From IMG/VR virus record IMGVR_UViG_3300048672_000430, positions 18,108 to 82,107 of that record: 64,000 nucleotides of DNA, one strand, 5' to 3'. Below are positions 1 through 6,687 of this stretch, one piece after another (position 1 is the stretch's first letter; each line of letters starts with the position of its first letter). Origin of the DNA: a virus. The notes under the pieces were generated by a model that was not told the origin of the DNA, did not search any database, and saw nothing but the letters and a program-made list of their open reading frames with translations. The position numbers were made by a program, and so were the translations under genes.

Positions 1-528
1 AATAGTTTGAATTGAACCTTCTGAACAAGAACCATCTTCATTTGTTTCAGCAGCTAATTGAATCTCATTATCATCAAAATATTCGCCTTTAGCAACGTTT
101 AAAGCTTCACCTCTAGGATGTCCAAGTGTATATAGTTCTTCACCAATCTTAGGGTTTGAACCAATCTTTAAACCTTTATGATCTGGCAATGCTTCTAGAG
201 CACAAAGATCGTGGTCTTTAGAAATTTTAATTATTTTACGTTCCACTAATAGTTTTGTGTCTTCAGCCTTTACTAAAAGAGGGCCTTTCATTTGACAGAT
301 ATGTTTGTTTGTTAAGATAACAACAGAACCATCGGCTAATTCAACATGGGAACCAGAACCAGATCCATCTTGTCCAAAAATTTGAACAGTGCTTTGCTCT
401 GCTAGATGGCGAATATAAGCTCTATGAGCATGAGGAGCCTCAAAGGAAATATAACCCAAGCCAACGGCTAAGATAGCGATTTTTATTGTCTTTTTAATTG
501 CATTTGTAATTTTAGATTTTAGACTCAC
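1..528 (-). CDS. Trypsin-like (HtrA/Trypsin_2) serine protease, runs off the window edge
   Basis: Hand translation from GTG at 528 (GGAG upstream): hydrophobic N-terminus, GSGSGSHV...VILTNKHIC, HDLCAL, YTLGHPRG. Not in the ORF track; the catalytic Ser motif lies beyond the edge. Confidence 0.8.
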   Translation of the reverse strand, partial: MSLKSKITNAIKKTIKIAILAVGLGYISFEAPHAHRAYIRHLAEQSTVQIFGQDGSGSGSHVELADGSVVILTNKHICQMKGPLLVKAEDTKLLVERKIIKISKDHDLCALEALPDHKGLKIGSNPKIGEELYTLGHPRGEALNVAKGEYFDDNEIQLAAETNEDGSCSEGSIQTI

Positions 529-567
529 TTTAACTCCATATGTTTATAGATAACTTATTTGCCTATA

Positions 568-579
568 TATAGTTGTTAA
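568..579 (-). promoter_or_regulatory. Putative late promoter motif TTAACAACTATA
   Basis: Intergenic; the motif recurs upstream of packaging and virion genes. Confidence 0.65.
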
Positions 580-595
580 TAATGAGGATATGTGT

Positions 596-2059
596 TTATT
601 TACGTTTATTTACACCAAAGATGCTTTCATAGACTGCTATCGTTGCAGTTTTAGCGTTACTAGAATACCCAAATCCACCATTATTATAAAATGTTGAATC
701 AGAAGGTCTATTATAGTTATTGGGATAAGGATTCTTCGTATAGTTAATTGATTTAACCATATATAATAAAGCATCTACAGCATCATAATGACCGTTTCCT
801 GGTGATCTAGCAAAGTCATCCTTTACAGAACTATCTTTCCATCTTGCGTTTTTTAAATGCTGTCTTAATACTACACACTTTGGATTAATTATTATTTTTT
901 CGCTTTGCAACATTACTCTAGTTTGATTAATTAAAGGTAACTTATAACCAGGAGCTTTCTTTACCGCTTGAAAGTTTAAACGCTTATTTGAAGCTCTATT
1001 GATTTCATTAATAACAATATACTCAACATCAGATACTCTGATTTCGGGCACAATTAATTCGTTAGTTAAAATGTTCATCCAGAGCTGCTCTTCTTTTTGT
1101 AGAATTTCTTCACTAAACTTATCTAGTTTTAAATCTTTACCTTCTTTAACTATTTCATCTTCTATTATAACCTTATCTTGTTTAAAATCATAATACCCAA
1201 ATAATACTACAGTTAGATCTTTAAACCCTAAATCCATAGAAACATACGGAGTATAAAAAGGAGGTTTATTATATTCTCTTACGATCTTTGCTTCTAGTTC
1301 TTCATCAAATTCTGGAATTACCGATCTGTTTTCATCTCTAATTAATTCACACAGATACTCTCTTCTAAAATTGATATTATTAACTCCACCAACAAACTTT
1401 GATATTATGTGATTTTTCTTTTCATCAGATAATAACGGGTTGTCAAACAATGTTTTCTTCGTTAAGAAATTTTCTTGTTCAGCAACTTCAATGAACTCTA
1501 TAAATTCATGATCTGCCTCTTCAGGAGGAGTAGATGCTAAAATAATCTTACCACCTGTATGTGTTGTTGTGGGAAAAAGAATAGACATAACATTATACTT
1601 TAGATTATTACAGAAAGCGGCCTCATCTACTAAGATTAAACTAGACTTTTGTCCCCTTAACCTTTCAGCGTTATTAGCGTCTGTACCAGCCATTTGAATC
1701 TGTGATCCATTAGGAAACTGATAAATAAATTTAGACGGGATATACTCCGGTCTAACGTCTTCAGGACAGTCTTCTAGTATCTCTCTGAACAACGGTTCAA
1801 ATATAGTTTGAACGTGTAGTTTAGTGTCTGTTAAAAGCTTTACTATTGAATTAGGATTTTGTATAGCGTGCATTAATCCGATGATAGCTAGTAAATATGA
1901 TTTACCAGATTGTCTTGCAAGTAACCAAACTAAAGTTGACTGAGGTTGAGCATTTAAGTATATGTTAAACATCTCTTTTTGTACGGTGTGCATCTTGTGG
2001 GTCAAGATACCTCTACGCCAAAGTTCATCCTCAATTTGTTTCTTACTAATAGTAGCCAT
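596..2059 (-). CDS. terL: Terminase large subunit
   Basis: Walker A-like LLARQSGKS, LRG motif, Walker B LILVDEAAF, coupling motif ASTP, nuclease SMDLG and HYDAVDAL. Confidence 0.93.
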   Translation of the reverse strand: MATISKKQIEDELWRRGILTHKMHTVQKEMFNIYLNAQPQSTLVWLLARQSGKSYLLAIIGLMHAIQNPNSIVKLLTDTKLHVQTIFEPLFREILEDCPEDVRPEYIPSKFIYQFPNGSQIQMAGTDANNAERLRGQKSSLILVDEAAFCNNLKYNVMSILFPTTTHTGGKIILASTPPEEADHEFIEFIEVAEQENFLTKKTLFDNPLLSDEKKNHIISKFVGGVNNINFRREYLCELIRDENRSVIPEFDEELEAKIVREYNKPPFYTPYVSMDLGFKDLTVVLFGYYDFKQDKVIIEDEIVKEGKDLKLDKFSEEILQKEEQLWMNILTNELIVPEIRVSDVEYIVINEINRASNKRLNFQAVKKAPGYKLPLINQTRVMLQSEKIIINPKCVVLRQHLKNARWKDSSVKDDFARSPGNGHYDAVDALLYMVKSINYTKNPYPNNYNRPSDSTFYNNGGFGYSSNAKTATIAVYESIFGVNKRK

Positions 2060-2484
2060 TATATACTATCCACCAATCTAAGTAGATCTGCTGTAGATAG
2101 TGCAGTAGGTTGTTCTTTCTTCTTCTCTTCATGATTCTTACCTTTAATCAATTGGAGAGTTTTAGCAAATATTTCTAACTTCTTTGTTTCTTCTAAAGTA
2201 AGTTCTCTATTCATTGCTAGTCCTTTCAACATAGCTATTTGAACTATACAAGTAGTTTCAGTATCAGATGTTCCTTCTGGTTGATCTAAAGTTAAAGCAT
2301 TACTAACAGCAACTTGCTTTTCAGCTTCTTGTAGTTTTACAGTTAATGACTCGACCTTACGTTCAAGTTCAGTAATCTTCTTACTTTGAGTAATAATAGT
2401 TTTATACTGAGAAGAAGCATACTCTTTAACATCATCGATAGATGAGAAATTATCTAGTATATTGTTTGTTATTTGATCACTCAT
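2059..2484 (-). CDS. Coiled-coil protein, candidate terminase small subunit
   Basis: Directly upstream of terL with stop/start overlap; helical; position only. Confidence 0.4.
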   Translation of the reverse strand: MSDQITNNILDNFSSIDDVKEYASSQYKTIITQSKKITELERKVESLTVKLQEAEKQVAVSNALTLDQPEGTSDTETTCIVQIAMLKGLAMNRELTLEETKKLEIFAKTLQLIKGKNHEEKKKEQPTALSTADLLRLVDSI

Positions 2485-2487
2485 ATA

Positions 2488-2763
2488 TTACCTCTTATAA
2501 GACATACCTAGTGACATCTTACTGGTATTACTTTTAATAACATCTAATACTTCATCTTGTTGCTTAAGTTTAGTACTTACATCTTCCTTAAGTTTACTTA
2601 ATTCTTTTTTAGTGATTTGTTCAGTAATAAATTCATAAGCTAAGTATAAGATAGCTACTAGTATAATAAATACTATATCGTATCCATTTGTTTGATATTT
2701 AAATGATTTTATAAAAGAAGAAATAAAAAGAATAGCAAGAACTACTTGGATCTTTGATTTCAT
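2488..2763 (-). CDS. Small membrane protein with two hydrophobic segments (possible lysis accessory)
   Basis: Two hydrophobic stretches then a coiled coil; AGGAG RBS. Confidence 0.55.
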   Translation of the reverse strand: MKSKIQVVLAILFISSFIKSFKYQTNGYDIVFIILVAILYLAYEFITEQITKKELSKLKEDVSTKLKQQDEVLDVIKSNTSKMSLGMSYKR

Positions 2764-2852
2764 ATAGGCTCCTAAATAATAAAAAGAGATGTGTCCGTAT
2801 CTAGCTTAATATAATGTACTTAGTACTCTAGTATCGACTAGTATCTCTAATG

Positions 2853-2863
2853 ATAGTTGTTAA
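2853..2863 (-). promoter_or_regulatory. Putative late promoter motif TTAACAACTAT
   Basis: Copy of the recurring motif, upstream of the terminase operon. Confidence 0.6.
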
Positions 2864-2951
2864 TTTATATACTGATTTTATTAAATGAACTTTAGACACA
2901 CTACTACCGCTTAACCGTGTAGCTTTTTTGCTTGTCTGTTTATATACAGCG

Positions 2952-2980
2952 ATTATACCACAACATAGTGGTTTTGTCAA
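2952..2980 (-). promoter_or_regulatory. Consensus sigma70 promoter TTGACA-17-TATAAT
   Basis: Minus strand reads TTGACA AAACCACTATGTTGTGG TATAAT. Confidence 0.8.
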
Positions 2981-2991
2981 GTTTTTTATGA

Positions 2992-3390
2992 TCACGGGTT
3001 AAATACTCGGATATCGGTCTTTAAATTATAACTAGCCATAGGAACAATTTGAACATGAACCCAATTTGTTGTTCCCTTTTCCATCCAAAGATTATACTTT
3101 TTAAGCATAGCACAATCATTTGCTATTAACCAATTGTAAAGCTCTAACTTCGGATCACTGATATCAGCAGCCTGTCCAAAAAGATGTTTCGACATTCTAG
3201 GATACTTCTTACTCTTATATATTCTTTCCATATCGGCATCATTTCTTAAACCTGAAGTTATTGTCATAGGTTTACCCCAAGCTACCCTAACTTTGTTTAA
3301 ACGATCCAATAATATAGTGAGATTAACAGTTTGTTCATCCGTACATTCAGATTGACTATGAGCCCCTAATAGTTCTTTCATCGAAATCAT
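2992..3390 (-). CDS. Peptidase M15 family endolysin
   Basis: ITSGLR, SKHLFGQAADI (SxHxxGxAxD), WVHV. Confidence 0.85.
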   Translation of the reverse strand: MISMKELLGAHSQSECTDEQTVNLTILLDRLNKVRVAWGKPMTITSGLRNDADMERIYKSKKYPRMSKHLFGQAADISDPKLELYNWLIANDCAMLKKYNLWMEKGTTNWVHVQIVPMASYNLKTDIRVFNP

Positions 3391-3668
3391 ATTGACTCCT
3401 GAGCCTTTTTAAGCTCTTTATATACTCTATAATAATCAAGATAAACAGGTTCATTATTCTCTTTACAGGCTTCAACATACACACCTATAATATAGATACA
3501 ACGTTCAGCAACCTCATTTAACTCTTCTATTAACGACTCTAACTCCTCTTCATACTCAAGAATTAAAGAAGGATCAGAACAATTAGAAAGCATCTCTCTA
3601 ACTTCGGCTATATCATCCATGACATAACCTAATAACTGTATCTTCTTATGAATAGAGGAATTATACAT
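3387..3668 (-). CDS. Hypothetical acidic helical protein
   Basis: ORF coupled to neighbours. Confidence 0.55.
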   Translation of the reverse strand: MYNSSIHKKIQLLGYVMDDIAEVREMLSNCSDPSLILEYEEELESLIEELNEVAERCIYIIGVYVEACKENNEPVYLDYYRVYKELKKAQESI

Positions 3669-3671
3669 TAT

Positions 3672-3884
3672 CTACCCTTTAGAACGTAATTTCTGCATCC
3701 TAACTTTCATTTGTTTACGTACACAATCACTACACTTCCTACCAACCCATAGGTCACCCTTATCATCTACCCATTTCTTATTTCTATTATCAGGGTACTT
3801 ACCTACTTGCACACGTAGTTTGATCTCTTGACAAACTGAACATTTACTCATGTTTTGTTCTAATTTTACTTCATCATTTTCCAT
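3672..3884 (-). CDS. Small zinc-finger protein
   Basis: CSVC and CSDC pairs; GAGGTG RBS; late motif upstream. Confidence 0.6.
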   Translation of the reverse strand: MENDEVKLEQNMSKCSVCQEIKLRVQVGKYPDNRNKKWVDDKGDLWVGRKCSDCVRKQMKVRMQKLRSKG

Positions 3885-3898
3885 AATACACCTCTATA

Positions 3899-3910
3899 TA
3901 AAGTTGTTAA
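3899..3910 (-). promoter_or_regulatory. Late promoter motif variant TTAACAACTTTA
   Basis: One mismatch to the recurring motif; upstream of the endolysin unit. Confidence 0.55.
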
Positions 3911-3992
3911 TATTGTTTATATTTAATAACTTAGTAAAGCGAGAAAAGGGAGCTGGGGTTCTCTCCTCTCTTTTCGAGCTGCGTTTATATAC

Positions 3993-4484
3993 CTATTTCC
4001 GTTTCTTCACCCACTCCATCGTTCTATCGTTCAGAGCATATACCGGCTGCACTAGATCCACTCCAACATAATACTGAGCAACAAAACCCTTAGCTTCATC
4101 CATGTTCTCAAAAACCCCAACAACGGTCTTATCCTTTCTAATATTCTCAATTACAACAAACACAGCAGGTATACTACAATTCACTAGGATCTTGGGTTTA
4201 TATTTTGAATAGCTAATTTTAGCCTTAACAACATCAAACCCGGCAGTAACATACTTCTCAACATAATACTGAGAGTAAATTTGTTTATATAACAACTCTT
4301 CTGTTTTTAATAAAATTTTTATATAAGATCGATCGCCCACTAATTCTGGAAAATCATCCAAAATTTGACCTATACGAGATTTTAGGTTATTTGCATATCC
4401 AACGTAGCATTTACTAGAAACAGGGTTAATAATGGCAAATACGCAACTATTAGGTAGACTATGGAGAGTATTGATGAAATTCAT
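3993..4484 (-). CDS. Degenerate GIY-YIG-like domain protein
   Basis: CVFAIINPVSSKCYVGYANNLKSRI resembles GIY...YIG...LxxR. Confidence 0.55.
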   Translation of the reverse strand: MNFINTLHSLPNSCVFAIINPVSSKCYVGYANNLKSRIGQILDDFPELVGDRSYIKILLKTEELLYKQIYSQYYVEKYVTAGFDVVKAKISYSKYKPKILVNCSIPAVFVVIENIRKDKTVVGVFENMDEAKGFVAQYYVGVDLVQPVYALNDRTMEWVKKRK

Positions 4485-4530
4485 TGTTGTTTTCCTCAGT
4501 AAAAATATAACATTACATTAGGTCGTTATG

Positions 4531-4542
4531 TATAGTTGTTCA
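4531..4542 (-). promoter_or_regulatory. Late promoter motif variant TGAACAACTATA
   Basis: One mismatch; upstream of the first leftward gene. Confidence 0.5.
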
Positions 4543-4664
4543 GTATTAGTGATTTCGATGAGGTGAGTAAAATAGGTGTGGTCGAGAATAGGTGTTTATA
4601 TACTTGAATTAGGTGGTATCACGGATGAGCTAACAAAGCCTTTCGTCCCGTCGGAAAGCCCATA

Positions 4665-4684
4665 GGGGGTAGGTAGGTGGGGGG
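4665..4684. other. G-rich tract, candidate genome terminus or packaging signal
   Basis: GGGGGTAGGTAGGTGGGGGG in an otherwise AT-rich genome, at the late/early divergence. Confidence 0.35.
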
Positions 4685-4727
4685 TGTTTGATATGCCAAA
4701 CTTTTGTATGATGTTGCGAACTTAAGA

Positions 4728-4943
4728 TGGCACGGATCTTGCAGGGATATGCAAGTATCATGCCGGCACGGTAATTGCTATATATGCAAGAAGTATGCCA
4801 AGTGCTAAGTGTCCAATATTGTAGGAGTTCTGGGGTAAGTGGTTGATATGTGATGAAATTATTTGGTATTGATGTTGCTATATATGCAAGGGGCATGCCG
4901 AGGTTTACCCGGTTGAGGGCAATTTTTTGGCATCGATTTTGCA
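4728..4943. promoter_or_regulatory. Array of seven sigma54 (-24/-12)-type sites in alternating orientation
   Basis: +4728 TGGCACGGATCTTGCA; -4750..4765 CGGCATGATACTTGCA; +4764 CGGCACGGTAATTGCT; -4785..4800 TGGCATACTTCTTGCA; +4864 TGGTATTGATGTTGCT; -4885..4900 CGGCATGCCCCTTGCA; +4928 TGGCATCGATTTTGCA. All are GG-N10-GC. Confidence 0.8.
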
Positions 4944-5099
4944 ATTAGACCTGCATCATTATATGCCCCAAAACCAGGAATTTTATTTTTATCCTTATAT
5001 ACAACGAAAATCTGTCATGCCTGAAAAATTTTTTTAGCGTCTTAACTCTATGTTATCGTTGGTGAATTTCAGATTTTTTAAATTATTTTTGAAGATCGC

Positions 5100-5128
5100 T
5101 TGCAATTATTTTTTAGATCGGTTAAGAT
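5100..5128 (+). promoter_or_regulatory. Early sigma70-type promoter TTGCAA-17-TAAGAT
   Basis: Correct spacing, A/T tracts upstream, followed by hairpin GGCAAGC/GCTTGTC. Confidence 0.6.
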
Positions 5129-5286
5129 TGTTTCAAGGCAAGCAACTAAGCTTGTCGGTAACGAGAGGTTAGAACATGGTAGCGGTGGTTGTAGTGATTT
5201 TTGTTTCATACTTTTTATTAGAAGTTGTTGGAATATAAAAAAAAGCTATAGGTTCCCGTTGTGGATAGTTTTTCAATATGTACTTA

Positions 5287-5298
5287 CATAGTTGTTAA
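5287..5298 (-). promoter_or_regulatory. Late promoter motif copy TTAACAACTATG pointing into the control region
   Basis: 11 of 12 match to the motif; no adjacent leftward gene. Confidence 0.45.
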
Positions 5299-5319
5299 AT
5301 CAACTTTAAAGGAATTGTT

Positions 5320-5574
5320 ATGATAAAAAGTAAAGAGCAGATGAAATTTGAAGCTATGAAAAGAAAACAAGTACTTGAGGCGAAAAGTAAAAATAACGCC
5401 TTTAATAAGGCGGGGAATGTTAAGACAAGTTTTGGAAAATGTAATAAAGAGTATTTAATTAACATGGGATTTTATGTTAAAGGAGAAAGAAATAAACCGA
5501 GTAAATCGGCATGGGTAGAAAAAAGATTAGATAAAAATATAATTGAAGTTGACTTAAGAAAAAAGTCATGCTAA
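5320..5574 (+). CDS. First early gene, highly basic hypothetical protein
   Basis: AAGGA RBS; Lys-rich; ends just before twister 1. Confidence 0.65.
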   Translation: MIKSKEQMKFEAMKRKQVLEAKSKNNAFNKAGNVKTSFGKCNKEYLINMGFYVKGERNKPSKSAWVEKRLDKNIIEVDLRKKSC

Positions 5575-5578
5575 TATA

Positions 5579-5639
5579 AAGTAAGTAAAGCAACTGAGAT
5601 CGGTCACAAGTCCGACTGAAAAATGCTGAGTGATTATTT
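5579..5639 (+). ncRNA. Twister ribozyme (type P1), copy 1; predicted cleavage U5586/A5587
   Basis: P1 AAGUAA/UUAUUU, U^AA, P2 GCA/UGC, T2 AC/GU, P4 UCGG/CCGA with loop U-CAC-AA-GU, GA, T1 CAC/GUG. Confidence 0.85.
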
Positions 5640-5877
5640 AAACAAAGTACCAAAATAGGTACTATACTCAAAGAACATGATTCGGGTAGACCCCAATCCT
5701 AGGGCTTTGAATGAAACACTCACGAACCACGGCGAAAAACGCTGAAAGCTTGACAATGCAAATTGTCTGCATCGTGTAAGAAAAATGCTTATGAACCACA
5801 AGTGATCGAAAAGTCGGTGGTTGCAAGTGAAGGCTACATCATGTAAATGATGAGAGATAACCATTAAGCATTGTTTT
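5587..5877 (+). ncRNA. 291-nt structured RNA released by the two twister cleavages (candidate circular RNA)
   Basis: Bounded by the two predicted cut sites; multiple helices, GCAA and GUAA tetraloops; no long ORF on this strand. Confidence 0.7.
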
Positions 5878-5929
5878 AAACATACAATGTCCTGTTGCAA
5901 GTCAGGCTGAGAAAATGTGAGCAAAACAA
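5871..5929 (+). ncRNA. Twister ribozyme (type P1), copy 2; predicted cleavage U5877/A5878
   Basis: P1 UUGUUU/AAACAA, U^AA, P2 CAU/AUG, T2 AC/GU, P4 CCUG/CAGG with loop U-UGC-AA-GU, GA, T1 UGC/GCA; compensatory changes versus copy 1 in P1, P2, P4 and T1. Confidence 0.9.
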
Positions 5930-5949
5930 AATATAAACCGAGGTGATTT

Positions 5950-6189
5950 ATGTATGAACAACATCGAATCGAATTGATTCGTTCAATACGTATTTACTTA
6001 TCTATGTATAAGGTATCTAAATTAGAGAATTATTTGGATTCTGCGGTCAGAGTAATGAAACAACTAGATGATCTAAATAAGGAAAATATAAACGAATATA
6101 AAAACCTAGTGAATCTTCAAAATAAAAGAGATGAGCTAAATAATTTCTTAGATCAAACAAATAACACTGTATTTTTAAAAGCTTCTTAG
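5950..6189 (+). CDS. Hypothetical early protein
   Basis: GAGGTG RBS. Confidence 0.65.
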   Translation: MYEQHRIELIRSIRIYLSMYKVSKLENYLDSAVRVMKQLDDLNKENINEYKNLVNLQNKRDELNNFLDQTNNTVFLKAS

Positions 6190-6198
6190 GAGTATGTA

Positions 6199-6324
6199 AT
6201 GGAAAAATTCTATGATCGATTTAATGAAATGGAATATAGTGATTATATTGAGGAAAATGATTTAGACTTTGACTATGAAGACGACGATGAGGAAGATCAA
6301 TTTATTTACACTGATAATTTTTAG
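6199..6324 (+). CDS. Very acidic 41-aa peptide (possible nucleic-acid mimic)
   Basis: MEKFYDRFNEMEYSDYIEENDLDFDYEDDDEEDQFIYTDNF; AGGAG RBS. Confidence 0.65.
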   Translation: MEKFYDRFNEMEYSDYIEENDLDFDYEDDDEEDQFIYTDNF

Positions 6325-6332
6325 AGGTACTT

Positions 6333-6437
6333 ATGACAATTTATGATGCAGTAATTGTGTTTTTCATATCAACTATTGGGCTAACAATGACAATTTGTTT
6401 CCTGGAAATGTTTACAATCTACGCAAAATTACAGTAA
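6333..6437 (+). CDS. Single-TM 34-aa peptide
   Basis: MTIYDAVIVFFISTIGLTMTICFLEMFTIYAKLQ; GAGGT RBS. Confidence 0.55.
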   Translation: MTIYDAVIVFFISTIGLTMTICFLEMFTIYAKLQ

Positions 6438-6452
6438 TTATCGAGGTAGCCT

Positions 6453-6599
6453 ATGTACTACATCAAAGGTAAGCTATTAAAAAATAGGTACGAACTATAT
6501 GATAAGGCCAAAACTATAAGCGAGGCCACTAAGTTATTGAAACAATATAAAAAAACCTTTAAGAAAATTAAATTCAAGATACAATTCATAAATACCTAG
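6453..6599 (+). CDS. Basic 48-aa hypothetical protein
   Basis: GAGGT RBS; hand translation. Confidence 0.55.
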   Translation: MYYIKGKLLKNRYELYDKAKTISEATKLLKQYKKTFKKIKFKIQFINT

Positions 6600-6656
6600 T
6601 AATCTAATGTATTGAGACGATCGTCTTAACCTTAAAATGTATTAGATTAAATTAAA

Positions 6657-6687
6657 GGGCGGTTTAATATCGCCCCCTGTCCTTTTT
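6657..6687 (+). terminator. Possible intrinsic terminator
   Basis: GGGCGG/TCGCCC hairpin, with the T-run displaced by 7 nt. Confidence 0.35.

Noticed and set aside
4630-4944. 104-aa minus-strand ORF
   Set aside because: Lies over the sigma54 array and G-tract; TTG start, no RBS, atypical composition.
4952-4968. Eighth sigma54-like site
   Set aside because: GG-N11-GC spacing and no TTGC; at most a degenerate partner of site 7.
5100-5291. 63-aa ORF
   Set aside because: Starts inside the -35 box of the early promoter; no RBS.
5600-5633. ToxI-like antitoxin pseudoknot reading of the repeated module
   Set aside because: The full twister architecture (UAA, P1, P2, P4, T1, T2) fits better, and the units are not tandem.
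5750-5755. TTGACA as a promoter
   Set aside because: No -10 box at 17 bp; it is the stem of a GCAA hairpin.
5587-5877. Endless rolling-circle ORF (291 nt is divisible by 3)
   Set aside because: All three sense frames contain stop codons within the first 45 nt.
5477-5924. Minus-strand ORFs 5477-5671 and 5634-5924
   Set aside because: Antisense to the ribozyme cassette; no RBS; the region is explained by RNA structure.
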